Shown here in pieces: positions 54,597 to 64,000 of a DNA stretch of 64,000 bases; position 1 is the first letter of the stretch, and the number at the start of each line of letters is the position of its first letter. This stretch comes from an uncultured Burkholderiaceae bacterium (GTDB lineage: Bacteria; Pseudomonadota; Gammaproteobacteria; Burkholderiales; Burkholderiaceae_F), in contig CAZSYX010000002.1 in the NCBI GenBank assembly GCA_964610575.1, positions 4,478 to 68,477 of the forward strand, in the 5' to 3' direction. The translations under genes and the position numbers were made by a program. Below the pieces are notes generated by a model. It saw only the letters and a list, made by a program, of their open reading frames with translations. It made no database searches and was not told the origin of the DNA.

Positions 54597-55040
54597 TCAG
54601 CGCGGGTCGAAATCGAGCGCGTATTGCAGCGCACAGCGATAGCCGGTCGGCCCCAGTCCGGCGACGACGCCGACGGCAAGGTCTGCCATGAAAGACCGGT
54701 GGCGGAATTCTTCCCGGCGGTACACGTTCGACAGGTGCACTTCGACGAACGGGATACCCACCGCGGCCAGCGCGTCGCGCAGGGCGACGCTGGTGTGCGT
54801 CAGTGCGCCCGCGTTGATGATGATGAAGTCGACGGCCTCGCCGCGCGCCGCCTGGATGCGATCGACAAGCGAGCCCTCGTGGTTGCTCTGGAACAACGAA
54901 ACCTCGGCTTGACGAGTGGCGGCCAAGGCGCTCAGGTCGCGCTCGATGTCCGCGAGAGTCATCGACCCGTAGATCTGTGGCTCGCGGGTGCCCAGCAGAT
55001 TCAGGTTGGGGCCGTTCAAGACCAGGATGTTTTTTGCCAT
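54597..55040 (-). CDS. aroQ: type II 3-dehydroquinate dehydratase
   Basis: ATG 55040. [20 protein letters not shown] and HLSN motifs. Confidence 0.94.
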   Translation of the reverse strand: MAKNILVLNGPNLNLLGTREPQIYGSMTLADIERDLSALAATRQAEVSLFQSNHEGSLVDRIQAARGEAVDFIIINAGALTHTSVALRDALAAVGIPFVEVHLSNVYRREEFRHRSFMADLAVGVVAGLGPTGYRCALQYALDFDPR

Positions 55041-55132
55041 TGGTCGCCCGTACTTAGGCGGAAAAAGGCGGCGATAGCCAAAAAAGACGAGAGATTCTCG
55101 TCTTTTCGCACATTGTTGTCCACCTGGCCCAC

Positions 55133-55669
55133 TTAACCGCGGGACAACGCCGCATCCAGCCACCGGTGCAACTGCTCGGGCTTCACCTGGCCCAAATGCC
55201 GCTCGCGGATGCGCCCGTCGGCACCGATCAGCAGCGTGTAGGGTAGGGCGCCATCGCTGTTACCGAGCGCCCGGTTGAGGTCGCTACCGCCAACCCCTGC
55301 AACCAGCAGGGGCAAGGTCAGCCGGTGCTTGTCGCGGAAGGCGGCGATCTTGGCCGCATTGTCGATGCCGATCCCGATCACTTCGACGCCCCGGTCACGG
55401 TAAGCGTCGCGCACCTGCTGCAGGTCAGGCATTTCCTCCACGCACGGCGGGCACCAGGTCGCCCAGAAGTTCACCACCAGTGGCCGCCCGCGCCATTGCG
55501 AAAGCGGCTGCGGCCTGCCCTCGGCATCCGGGAAGGTCGCCGCGAAGAACACTGCGGTCGTTTCCGCGTCCGCGGATGCGGGCTCCGTGCGCCACCAGTT
55601 CACGGCGACGCCCAGCCCCGCGGCCAGCGCGCCGGTACTCAGCATCGTCAGCCAGGCGCGCCGGTTCAT
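55133..55669 (-). CDS. TlpA-family thiol:disulfide oxidoreductase (periplasmic redoxin)
   Basis: Signal/TM N-terminus and the active site FWATWCPPC. Confidence 0.85.
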   Translation of the reverse strand: MNRRAWLTMLSTGALAAGLGVAVNWWRTEPASADAETTAVFFAATFPDAEGRPQPLSQWRGRPLVVNFWATWCPPCVEEMPDLQQVRDAYRDRGVEVIGIGIDNAAKIAAFRDKHRLTLPLLVAGVGGSDLNRALGNSDGALPYTLLIGADGRIRERHLGQVKPEQLHRWLDAALSRG

Positions 55670-56331
55670 CCGCCGTTGCCCGGCGCCGAAAGCAGTGCCC
55701 GCAGCGCCGAGAGACTGGCGCGGCCGGCCTGCTCGATCCGCGAGAGAGAGGGGTCCGAGGAGCGGAAGCGGGAACTCACCCGTACCGCATCAGTGGGGAG
55801 CACGCTGAGCACCGCGTCCAGACGCGATGTCCTGGTGGCCAGCAGGCGATGGGGCACCTGGAGGTGAATGGACTCGAACACACCGGCCGGTTCGTTCGCT
55901 TCTTCAACGGTGAAACGAACGCCTTCGTTCAGCAGGAATATCTCGACGTCCTTGGCGCTGTCGGTGAACAGGTGCAGATGCAGCGCCGAGTGCTCGGTTG
56001 CGGTCCCGTTCAGCACTGCGCCGACCAGGTGCGGGTTGAATGGCTCGAGGTACTGCATCAACGCAAGCGCAGCCATGCGGCGCTCGGCGAGCAGCGCCGC
56101 ATGGCGTTCGCCGCCGAAGGTGCGCAGGTAGCGCCGCAGTTCCGACTCGACCAGGTCGTTCTCCGGCAGACGGCCTCTCGCGCCGGCTGCTTCGCCAAGC
56201 ACGAGCTGCACCGCCTTGCGTTTCGCGGTGGCGTAGTCGCAGCCGTCCTCGGCGATCAGGCGCGCCGCCGTTGCCGCGAGTTCGAGTGTCAGTTCTTCGC
56301 GGCTTCCCGATGCGGGTGCAGAGCGGATCAT
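55666..56331 (-). CDS. conserved hypothetical protein (possible degenerate nucleotidyltransferase fold)
   Basis: 221 aa with coding-like composition. ATGA overlap with the TlpA-like gene. Segment GAVLNGTATEHSALHLHLF resembles the G[SA]xxxGxxxxxSDxD NTase motif, but the two Asp positions of SDxD are Ala and His. Confidence 0.55.
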   Translation of the reverse strand: MIRSAPASGSREELTLELAATAARLIAEDGCDYATAKRKAVQLVLGEAAGARGRLPENDLVESELRRYLRTFGGERHAALLAERRMAALALMQYLEPFNPHLVGAVLNGTATEHSALHLHLFTDSAKDVEIFLLNEGVRFTVEEANEPAGVFESIHLQVPHRLLATRTSRLDAVLSVLPTDAVRVSSRFRSSDPSLSRIEQAGRASLSALRALLSAPGNGG

Positions 56332-56393
56332 GCAGCCAGTCTAAACAACGCGGCCCCGTAAACTACCAATCTTTCCCCCGTTCGGAACGCGTC

Positions 56394-57785
56394 TTGCATC
56401 TTCATATCCTGGGCATATGTGGCACCTTCATGGGCGGTGTCGCCCAGCTGGCGACCGCCGCGGGACACCGCGTCACCGGCTGTGATGCCAACGTCTATCC
56501 GCCGATGAGCGACCTGCTGCGGTCCGCGGGCATCGAGGTGATCGAAGGTTACGGCGCAGATCAGCTCGCTGTCTCGCCCGATCTGTTCGTGGTTGGCAAC
56601 GTGATCACCCGCGGCAACCCGCTGATGGAGGCGGTCCTCGAGGCCGGGGCGCGGTTCATCTCGGGCCCGCAGTGGGTCGGCGAAAACCTGCTGCGCGGGC
56701 GCTGGGTGCTGGCTGTGGCCGGCACCCATGGCAAGACGACCGCCTCGGCGATGCTGGCGACGATCCTCGAGCACGCGGGACTGGCGCCAGGTTTCCTGAT
56801 CGGCGGCGTGCCGACCGACTTCGGCGCATCCGCACGGCCGGGCGGCTCGACGTTCTTCGTCATCGAGGCCGACGAGTACGACACGGCCTTCTTCGACAAA
56901 CGCAGCAAGTTCGTCCATTACTTTCCGCGTACCGCCGTTCTCAACAACCTCGAGTACGACCACGCGGACATCTTTGCCGACCTGGCGGCGATCGAGACCC
57001 AGTTTCATCACCTGGTGCGTGGCGTGCCGGGCCGCGGCCGCCTGGTGGTCAACGGGGCGGATGCCGCCCTGGCGCGGGTACTCGCGCGCGGATGCTGGTC
57101 GGAACTGGAGAAGTTCGGCATCGACGACGGCTGGCACGCGCAGGCCATCGAAGAGGGCGCGCAGCATGCTTTCGACGTCGCTCTGGGAGCCGAGGTTTTC
57201 GGCCGCCTGCATCTGCCGCTTGCCGGCGCGCACAATCGCAGCAATGCACTGGCGGCAATCGCCGCCGCCCGTCATGCGGGGGTTGCCCCGGCAGTGGCGA
57301 TCGAGGCGCTGCACCGCTTCGGCGGAGTCCGGCGACGGCTAGAGGTGCGCGGTGTCGCCGGCGGGGTCACGGTCTATGACGATTTCGCGCACCACCCGAC
57401 GGCGATCGAGACCACGGTATCCGGCCTGCGCCGCCGGGTCGGCAAGGCGCGCATCCTTGCCGTGCTGGAGCCGCGCTCGAACACGATGAAGCTGGGCACG
57501 ATGAGCGCGCTCCTGCCGGCCAGCCTGCAGGAGGCGGACCTGGTGTTTTGCTACGGCGCGCGCAGCGGCAAGAATGCGCTCGGCTGGGAGCCGGCGCAGG
57601 CACTGGCGCCGATGGGGGCGCGGGCGCGAAGCTTCGACGACCTCGAGGCGCTCGCTCAGTCGGTGGCCTCTGCTGCGCGCCCCGGCGACCACGTGCTGGT
57701 GATGAGCAACGGCGGCTTCGGCGGCGTGCATGAGAAATTGCTGTCCGCGCTCGCCGGCGCAGCGCCGCAGGAGCACGCGGCGTGA
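56394..57785 (+). CDS. mpl: UDP-N-acetylmuramate:L-alanyl-gamma-D-glutamyl-meso-diaminopimelate ligase
   Basis: TTG start at 56394 gives MHLHILGICGTFMGG, the canonical Mpl N-terminus. GTHGKTTASAM P-loop. Confidence 0.88.
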   Translation: MHLHILGICGTFMGGVAQLATAAGHRVTGCDANVYPPMSDLLRSAGIEVIEGYGADQLAVSPDLFVVGNVITRGNPLMEAVLEAGARFISGPQWVGENLLRGRWVLAVAGTHGKTTASAMLATILEHAGLAPGFLIGGVPTDFGASARPGGSTFFVIEADEYDTAFFDKRSKFVHYFPRTAVLNNLEYDHADIFADLAAIETQFHHLVRGVPGRGRLVVNGADAALARVLARGCWSELEKFGIDDGWHAQAIEEGAQHAFDVALGAEVFGRLHLPLAGAHNRSNALAAIAAARHAGVAPAVAIEALHRFGGVRRRLEVRGVAGGVTVYDDFAHHPTAIETTVSGLRRRVGKARILAVLEPRSNTMKLGTMSALLPASLQEADLVFCYGARSGKNALGWEPAQALAPMGARARSFDDLEALAQSVASAARPGDHVLVMSNGGFGGVHEKLLSALAGAAPQEHAA

Positions 57786-58351
57786 TTCTCTACCTGCACG
57801 GCTTCCGCTCGTCGCCGCAGTCGAAGAAGGCGCAGACGGTGCGGGAGGCGATGGCCGCTCGCGGGCGGCTCGACGATTTTCTGTGCCCGCAACTGCCCGC
57901 ATCGCCGCGGGCGGCGGCGCAGCTGATCGAGGCGGCCGCACGGCTGGAGGATCCGCAGCAGCTGGCGCTGATCGGCTCGTCGCTGGGTGGCTATTACGCG
58001 ACCTGGCTCGCCGAACGGGTCGGCTGCCGTGCCGCGCTGCTCAACCCGGCGATCACCCCCTACGAGGATCTGCGCGGCTACCTCGGCACGCAGCCGGTGT
58101 TCTTCTCCGAGCAGACCATCGAGGTGAAGCCGGAATACATGGACGAGCTGCGCGCGATCGACACCCTCCACATCACGCGGCCGGAGCGCTATTTCCTGCT
58201 CGCCGCGACCGGCGACGAGGTGATCGACTGGCGCACGATGGCGGACAAGTACGCGGGGTGCCGGCAACGGATCATCGACGGCTCGAACCACGAAATGAGC
58301 GACTTCGCCGCGTACCTTGACGAGGTGCTCGCGTTCTGCGGCATTGCCTAG
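57782..58351 (+). CDS. yqiA: YqiA/YcfP-family alpha/beta hydrolase (esterase)
   Basis: [16 protein letters not shown] and the nucleophile elbow GSSLGG. 4-nt overlap with mpl. Confidence 0.8.
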   Translation: MILYLHGFRSSPQSKKAQTVREAMAARGRLDDFLCPQLPASPRAAAQLIEAAARLEDPQQLALIGSSLGGYYATWLAERVGCRAALLNPAITPYEDLRGYLGTQPVFFSEQTIEVKPEYMDELRAIDTLHITRPERYFLLAATGDEVIDWRTMADKYAGCRQRIIDGSNHEMSDFAAYLDEVLAFCGIA

Positions 58352-58368
58352 GAAAGCGACGGCACGAG

Positions 58369-59019
58369 ATGCGCCTCAAAGGGAAAGTCTCGATCATCAC
58401 CGGCGGCGCGCAGGGCATCGGTCTTGCGACGGCGCGCAAGTTCGCCGCCGAGGGAGCGATCGTCGCCATCGCCGACCTGAAGCGCGAGCCGGTCGACGAA
58501 GCGCTGCGGGAGCTGCGCGGCAGCGGCGCGACGGCCGAGGACTTCACCGTCGACGTAACCAGGCGCGAGCAGATCGATGCGATGGTGCAGCGGCTGAAGG
58601 TGAGCTTCGGGCGTATCGACGTGCCGGTCAACAACGCCGGCATCACGCTCGATGCTCGGCTGCAGAAGATGACCGAAGTGCAATTCGACACGGTCATCGC
58701 GGTGAATCTCAAGGGCACCTGCAACTGCGCGCAGGCGGTGATCGAGACGATGAGCGAGGAGGGAAGCGGCGTGATCCTTAACGCGTCGAGCGTGGTCGGC
58801 ATCTACGGCAATTGCGGGCAGAGCGGCTACGCGGCGAGCAGGTTCGGCGTGATCGGCTTCGCCAAGACCCGGGCGCGCGAACTCGGACCCAAGGGCATCC
58901 GCTGCCACGCGCTTCTCGTCGACGCGCCGGTCGCCGGCGGCACGCCACACTGCGTGTTTCCGATTTCTCCCGCAGCGCTGCTTGCTGCCAGCGGCGGCCG
59001 CGAGGTCGAGATCGGCTGA
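58369..59019 (+). CDS. short-chain dehydrogenase/reductase, atypical and C-terminally divergent (possibly decaying)
   Basis: TGGAQGIG and NNAG are present, but YAASR replaces YxxxK. The sequence after KGIR is unrelated to the usual VNAVAPG... segment. Length is 216 aa, against about 245 aa expected. Confidence 0.7.
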   Translation: MRLKGKVSIITGGAQGIGLATARKFAAEGAIVAIADLKREPVDEALRELRGSGATAEDFTVDVTRREQIDAMVQRLKVSFGRIDVPVNNAGITLDARLQKMTEVQFDTVIAVNLKGTCNCAQAVIETMSEEGSGVILNASSVVGIYGNCGQSGYAASRFGVIGFAKTRARELGPKGIRCHALLVDAPVAGGTPHCVFPISPAALLAASGGREVEIG

Positions 59020-59615
59020 TGGACGCGAGCTTCGTTTCCGCCGTCGTCCTGCTGCTGATCGTCTGCGATCCGTTCGGCAACATCCCGATCTTCATCAGCG
59101 CGCTGCAAGACGTGCCGCGCGAGCGGCGGCGGGCGATCATCCTGCGCGAGTGCCTGATCGCCTTCGCGGTCCTGGTGACCTTCGTGTTCATCGGCGGTCC
59201 GTTCCTCCGCCTGCTCGGTCTGTCCGAACTGAGCCTGCAGATCGGCGGCGGCGTAGTGCTGATGCTGGTCGCGTTGCGCATGGTGTTCCCGACACCCGAA
59301 GGCGTCTTCGGCCAGAGCCCGGGCGGCGAGCCGTTCATCGTGCCGCTTGCAGTGCCCGCGCTGGCTGGCCCATCGGCGCTGGCGACCGTGCTGTTGCTGG
59401 TGTCTCGCGATCCTGCCCGCCTGTGGCAGTGGGTGGCTGCGATTGCGGTGGTCATGGGGGTGAGCGCGGTCGTGCTGGGGTTTTCCGAGAGGATCATGCG
59501 GTTACTGGGCGAGCGCGTCACGCTGGCGTTCGAGCGTCTGCTCGGCCTGGTGCTGGCAGCGATCGCGGTCGAGCAGATGCTGCGAGGCATCAAGGCCTTC
59601 ATTTCCGGTCTGTAG
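59019..59615 (+). CDS. marC: MarC-family (UPF0056) membrane protein
   Basis: ATG shares a base with the upstream TGA. DPFGNIPIFISAL motif, multi-TM. Confidence 0.85.
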   Translation: MDASFVSAVVLLLIVCDPFGNIPIFISALQDVPRERRRAIILRECLIAFAVLVTFVFIGGPFLRLLGLSELSLQIGGGVVLMLVALRMVFPTPEGVFGQSPGGEPFIVPLAVPALAGPSALATVLLLVSRDPARLWQWVAAIAVVMGVSAVVLGFSERIMRLLGERVTLAFERLLGLVLAAIAVEQMLRGIKAFISGL

Positions 59616-59627
59616 CGGGGCGACCCA

Positions 59628-61634
59628 GTGCATCTGCTTTTCGACGACGACGGCAGCTTCAAGGCAGGCACGGTGCTCGCAGCGACCGACTCGTCCTTTC
59701 AGGTCGAGACGGCCAGCGGCAAGCGCACCAAGGTGCGTGCATCGCACGTGTTGCTGCGCTTCGAGACGCCGGCGCCCGCCGCGCTGCTGCAGCAGGCGCA
59801 CAGCCAGGCCGAGGCGATCGACCTCGACTTCCTCTGGGAATGTGCGCCTCAGCAGGAGTTTGGCTTCGACGAAATGGCGCGCGAATATCACGGCCACGCA
59901 CCGACGGCGGTCGAGGCGGCGGCGATCCTGCTTCGACTGCATGGCGCGCCGGTGCACTTCCACCGCAAGGGCCGCGGGCGCTTCCGTCCGGCACCGCCGG
60001 AGATTCTCAAGCAGGCGCTGGCCGCGGTCGAGCGTCGTCGCGTGCAAGAGGAGCAGAAGCAGCAGTATGTCGAGATGCTCAAGTCCGGCGAGCTTCCGCC
60101 GGCGATCGCCGCGCAGGGCGTGGCGCTGCTTGTGAAGCCGGACAAGAACGGCATCGAATACAAGGCGCTCGAGCAGGCGGCGAGCGATCTGCATCTGTCG
60201 CCGCTGCGCCTGCTGCTGGCGCGCGGTGCGATCGCCTCGCCATACCGCTGGCATCGCGACAGTTTCCTGGCGGTCACTTTCCCGCATGGCGCGAGTTTCC
60301 CCGCCAGCCTGCCACCGCCGCGCCCGGCTGGTGACGAGCTGCCGCTGGCGCCCGTGGCGGCGTTCTCGATCGACGATTCGGCCACCACCGAGATCGACGA
60401 CGCCTTCTCGGTGCAGTTCATGGACGATCGCGTGCGGATCGGCATTCACATCGCGGCGCCGGCCACCGCGATCGCCCGGGGCGATGCGCTCGACCAGGCG
60501 GCGCGCGGGCGGATGTCGACGATCTACGCGCCGGGCATGAAGATCACCATGCTGCCTGAGCCGTGGATTGCGCAGTTTTCACTGGACGCTGGCAAGGTGC
60601 TGCCGGTGCTGTCGCTGTACGTCGATGTCGAGCGGGATACCTTGCGCCCGCTCAGTCACGAGACGCGGCTGGAGCGGATCCTGATCGAGGCCAATCTGCG
60701 CCACGACCTGCTCGACGAGCAGGTCACCGAGATGCACGTGGCGGCGGGAAGGCTCGACGTGCCGCACGGGCGCGAAATGGTGTTTCTCTGGCACTTCGCC
60801 CGCGCGCTGCTGGCTGAGCGGGAGATCGCCCGTGGCAAGCCGGAGCCGACCGGCAAGATCGATTACACGTTCGTGCTCGACGGCGAGGACGAGCATGCGC
60901 GCGTGACTATTCGCCCGCGTAGGCGTGGCGCGCCGCTGGACCTGATCGTCGCCGAGCTGATGATCCTGGCCAACAGTCACTGGGCCGGCTGGCTCGCCGA
61001 GCTGAAGCGTGCCGGCATCTATCGCTCGCAGAGCCTGCAGCGCGTCGGCGGTCGCTGGCTGCCGGGGCGCGTGCGCATGAGCACCGTGCCGGCGCCGCAC
61101 GAGAGCATGGGTGTGCCTCACTACACCTGGTGCACGTCGCCGCTGCGACGCTACGTCGATCTGGTCAATCAGCAGCAGCTGATCGCGGCGGTTCGCGGCG
61201 AGGCGCCGCCCTATCCGGCCAACGACGCCGACCTGTACGGCATCGTTTCGTCGTTCGATGCCGCGTACACGCTTTACGGCGAGTTCCAGGAGCGGCTAGA
61301 GCGCTACTGGTGCCTGCGCTGGTTACGGCAGGAGGGTGTGGCCCGTGTCGGCGCCACCGTTCTGAAGCCGGACCTGCTGCGGATCGACGACATGCCGCTG
61401 CTGACGAGGGTCGTCGGCCTGCCGATGCTCGACCGCGGGCAGCGCGTCGAACTCGACGTGCTTGGTATCGACGAGGTCGATCTGACCGTCGAACTGAGGC
61501 TGCACCGGGTGCTGCAGGAGGCCGCCGGACGGGTCGACGAACTGGATGAGGAAGCCGCCACGGAGGAGTTCGCCGATGCCAACGGCGAGGCACCCGCCTC
61601 GGTCCCGTCGCCTGATCTACCGCAAGCGGGCTAA
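59628..61634 (+). CDS. RNB-domain exoribonuclease (RNase II family)
   Basis: GTG start. RNB motifs FSIDDSATTEIDDAFSV and HYTWCTSPLRRYVDL, with an acidic C-terminal tail. Confidence 0.85.
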   Translation: MHLLFDDDGSFKAGTVLAATDSSFQVETASGKRTKVRASHVLLRFETPAPAALLQQAHSQAEAIDLDFLWECAPQQEFGFDEMAREYHGHAPTAVEAAAILLRLHGAPVHFHRKGRGRFRPAPPEILKQALAAVERRRVQEEQKQQYVEMLKSGELPPAIAAQGVALLVKPDKNGIEYKALEQAASDLHLSPLRLLLARGAIASPYRWHRDSFLAVTFPHGASFPASLPPPRPAGDELPLAPVAAFSIDDSATTEIDDAFSVQFMDDRVRIGIHIAAPATAIARGDALDQAARGRMSTIYAPGMKITMLPEPWIAQFSLDAGKVLPVLSLYVDVERDTLRPLSHETRLERILIEANLRHDLLDEQVTEMHVAAGRLDVPHGREMVFLWHFARALLAEREIARGKPEPTGKIDYTFVLDGEDEHARVTIRPRRRGAPLDLIVAELMILANSHWAGWLAELKRAGIYRSQSLQRVGGRWLPGRVRMSTVPAPHESMGVPHYTWCTSPLRRYVDLVNQQQLIAAVRGEAPPYPANDADLYGIVSSFDAAYTLYGEFQERLERYWCLRWLRQEGVARVGATVLKPDLLRIDDMPLLTRVVGLPMLDRGQRVELDVLGIDEVDLTVELRLHRVLQEAAGRVDELDEEAATEEFADANGEAPASVPSPDLPQAG

Positions 61635-61717
61635 CCTTACTCCGGCGTTCGCGGGCACCGTCGATACAATCGGCCGGCCATTTTTCCGCGAAGGATCCCG
61701 CCGCCGAAGGCGAAAAG

Positions 61718-62584
61718 ATGCACCCCGTACCGCAAAGGAACCGCATGCTGCTCATCGCGCTCGGCGTTTCGCTCGCCGTGCACGCGCTGGCGCTCGCGGT
61801 CCGCTTCCTCGATCCCGAACTGCTGCGGTTGCGCTCCACGGATCCGGCGCTGGAGATCATTCTGGTCAATTCGCGCTCGCAGGTGCGCCCGAGCCAGCCC
61901 GAGGCCTATGCGCAGGCGAACCTCGACGGAGGCGGCGCGAACGACGCCGGCCGCCGCAGTTCACCGCTGCCCAACCTGATGCAGCAGCGCGACGGCGAGA
62001 CACTCGAGATGGCGCAGGCGCGGGCCGAGCGGACGAAGCAGCCGCCGCAGAAGCTGGCGCTGCAGGACGGCGGCGATCTGACGGTATCGAATGCCGAGCG
62101 CCTGGCGCCGGCGGAGCAGCCGCTTGCGGGGAGCGCGGACAGCACACTCGACGTGCTGGCGCGCATGCAGGCGGAGATATCCAAGCGCATCTCCGACTAC
62201 CAGAAGCGGCCGCGCCGGCACCACTTCATGCCGAGTACTTCGGAATACCGCTATGCCCGCTATGTCGAGGACTGGCGCGTCTGGGTGGAACGAATCGGCA
62301 ATGAGCACTATCCTGAGCAAGCGCGCGGACGTGTGTACGGCGCATTGCGGATGACGGTGGTCATCGGCGCGGACGGCAGGCTGGTGCAGGCGGTGATCGA
62401 GGAGTCTTCGGGCTCGGCGGTGCTTGATCGCGCTGCCCGGCACATCGTCAAGCTGGCTGCACCGTACCCGCCGTTTCCGCCCGAGATTGCGCGTGACACC
62501 GACATACTCGAAATCACGAGGACATGGATCTTCACCAATGACAAGTTCGCCACCCGCAGCGGCGAACGACCGGTTGTGCCCTGA
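61718..62584 (+). CDS. TonB-family protein (C-terminal TonB domain)
   Basis: N-terminal TM helix, a linker, and a C-terminal GRVYGALRMTVVIGADGRLVQAVIEESSGSAVLD...PPFP. Confidence 0.75.
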   Translation: MHPVPQRNRMLLIALGVSLAVHALALAVRFLDPELLRLRSTDPALEIILVNSRSQVRPSQPEAYAQANLDGGGANDAGRRSSPLPNLMQQRDGETLEMAQARAERTKQPPQKLALQDGGDLTVSNAERLAPAEQPLAGSADSTLDVLARMQAEISKRISDYQKRPRRHHFMPSTSEYRYARYVEDWRVWVERIGNEHYPEQARGRVYGALRMTVVIGADGRLVQAVIEESSGSAVLDRAARHIVKLAAPYPPFPPEIARDTDILEITRTWIFTNDKFATRSGERPVVP

Positions 62585-62587
62585 GCG

Positions 62588-63436
62588 ATGAAGCAACCCG
62601 ACAAGTACGCCGTGGTCGGCAACCCGATCGCGCATAGCAGGAGCCCGGAGATCCACCGGCTGTTCGCGCAGCAGACGCATCAGTCGGTCACCTATGAACG
62701 TCTCGAAGCGCCGCTCGACGGCTTCGAGGAGTTCGCGCTCGGCCTGCGCGAAGCGGGCTATCGCGGGCTGAACGTGACGATCCCGTTCAAGCTCGATGCG
62801 GCCAAGCTTGCCGACCGGCTGACGCCGCGGGCGCGGCTTGCCGGCGCGGTGAACACACTGAAGTTCGACGGCGACGCGATCAACGGCGACAACACCGACG
62901 GCATCGGCTTCGTCCGCGATGTGACGCAGCGCCTGAAGTTCCACATCCAGGACTCTTCCATCCTTGTGCTCGGCGCCGGCGGTGGCGTCCGTGGACTGAT
63001 CGGTTCGCTGCTCGAGGAGAAACCGAAGTGGATCGCGGTGGCCAACCGGACCCATGACCGGGCGCAGGAACTTGCCGACGAATTCGGCGTTCTCGCGCTC
63101 AGTTTCGACGAGGTGCCGGCGGAGCATTTCGACCTGGTGATCAACGGCACCGCGACCAGCCTCAGCCACACCACGCCGCCGATCGACGCCGAGACTTTCG
63201 ACGACTGCACGCTCGCCTACGACCTGCTGTACGCACCGGCGCCGACGCCGTTCATGCAACTGGCCAGCCGCGGCGGCGCACGCAAGGTCAGCGACGGCCT
63301 CGGCATGCTGATCGAACAGGCCGCGGAATCGTTCCATCTCTGGCGCGGCGTGCGGCCCGACACGGCCCCGGTGTTCAAGGAACTGCGCCGGCTGTTGAAC
63401 GCCGAAGCCTCGTCGGAGAGCGCTGCGGCGCGATGA
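62588..63436 (+). CDS. aroE: shikimate dehydrogenase
   Basis: YAVVGNPIAHSRSPEIH, NVTIPFK and GAGG motifs. Confidence 0.93.
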   Translation: MKQPDKYAVVGNPIAHSRSPEIHRLFAQQTHQSVTYERLEAPLDGFEEFALGLREAGYRGLNVTIPFKLDAAKLADRLTPRARLAGAVNTLKFDGDAINGDNTDGIGFVRDVTQRLKFHIQDSSILVLGAGGGVRGLIGSLLEEKPKWIAVANRTHDRAQELADEFGVLALSFDEVPAEHFDLVINGTATSLSHTTPPIDAETFDDCTLAYDLLYAPAPTPFMQLASRGGARKVSDGLGMLIEQAAESFHLWRGVRPDTAPVFKELRRLLNAEASSESAAAR

Positions 63437-63506
63437 GCGCCGCCCGGCCGTTGCGGAGGCGCTCGCCGCTCCTTGGGCGGGCAGCCCGCAGGGCGAAGGG
63501 GGCTCG

Positions 63507-64000
63507 ATGAGCCTCTCCGGGGCCGGCCGCTGGCTGTGGCGGCTGCTACTGCTTGCCGTCGCCGCAGTGCTGCTGCTGCAGCTCTGGTATCTCGGCTGGA
63601 TTGCCCTTTATCGCTGGGTCGACCCCACGGAGACGGCCTTCATGTCGCGCGAGCGCGCGCGCATCGAGAAGGTTCGCCCCGGCGCCGGGCTGAAGCACGT
63701 TTGGGTCGACTACGGCGCCATTTCGCCGCACCTGAAGCGCGCCGTCATCGCCGCCGAGGATGCCCGCTTCATCGAGCACGAGGGTGTCGACTGGGACGCC
63801 ATCCAGAAGGCGCTCGAGGACAACCGCAGGCGCGGCCGTCCCGCGCGCGGCGGCAGCACGATCTCGCAGCAGCTTGCCAAGAACCTGTTCCTGTCGCCGG
63901 AGCGTAGCTACGTGCGCAAGGGGCAGGAACTGGTCATCACCTACATGATCGAGACGCTGTGGGACAAGCGACGAATCCTCGAGGTGTACCTGAACGTCGC
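63507..64000 (+). CDS. mtgA: monofunctional biosynthetic peptidoglycan transglycosylase, N-terminal part (runs off the window)
   Basis: Not in the ORF track because there is no stop within the window. My own translation from ATG 63507 gives a TM helix, then AAEDARFIEHEGVDW and GGSTISQQLAKNLFL (GT51 motifs). Confidence 0.88.
   Translation, partial: MSLSGAGRWLWRLLLLAVAAVLLLQLWYLGWIALYRWVDPTETAFMSRERARIEKVRPGAGLKHVWVDYGAISPHLKRAVIAAEDARFIEHEGVDWDAIQKALEDNRRRGRPARGGSTISQQLAKNLFLSPERSYVRKGQELVITYMIETLWDKRRILEVYLNV

Overview
GC-rich chromosomal core segment. Gene content and order point to a Betaproteobacterium, probably Rhodocyclales- or Burkholderiales-like, though this cannot be confirmed without a database search. 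Almost the whole window is tightly packed housekeeping genes, in this order. (1) dcw cell-wall/division cluster murE(partial)-murF-mraY-murD-ftsW-murG-murC-ddl-ftsQ-ftsA-ftsZ, mostly joined by 1-8 nt start/stop overlaps. (2) An antisense DUF2189-like membrane gene, then lpxC, a DciA/DUF721-like gene, an M23 peptidase, secA, argJ, a DUF815 ATPase and a Nudix/MutT fusion. (3) Minus-strand block yacG-zapD-coaE-pilD-pilC-pilB, a frameshifted CorC/HlyC-type transporter gene, tRNA-Pro(CGG) and ispB. (4) rplU-rpmA-obg-proB, rppH, proS, an SLT transglycosylase, ffh and ypjD. (5) A PP0621-like small gene, a PilS-like kinase, a PilR-like sigma54 regulator and ampD. (6) nrdA-nrdB with an apparent promoter and tandem NrdR boxes. 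(7) A 0.6-kb partly AT-rich gap followed by a Lys/Ala-rich histone-H1-like gene made of DNA repeats. (8) yggT, a PfkB kinase, a DUF3426 zinc-ribbon protein, prmA-accC-accB-aroQ, a TlpA-like redoxin, a hypothetical protein, mpl, yqiA, an atypical SDR, marC, an RNB ribonuclease, a TonB-like protein, aroE and mtgA(partial). I found no rRNA, CRISPR array, transposase, integrase or phage genes. I see no convincing novel multi-gene system. The unexplained signals worth follow-up are: the promoter-to-terminator unit in the AT-rich gap after nrdB (candidate sRNA); the repeat-built H1-like gene with an A9 tract; a 4x7-bp tandem array inside a hairpin just upstream of the ftsZ ribosome-binding site; a one-base frameshift in the CorC-type gene; and the translationally coupled PP0621-PilS-PilR-AmpD chain. 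The ORF track renders GTG/TTG starts as M, and several starts below were re-placed by reading the sequence. All product calls rest on motif recognition from memory, not on searches.
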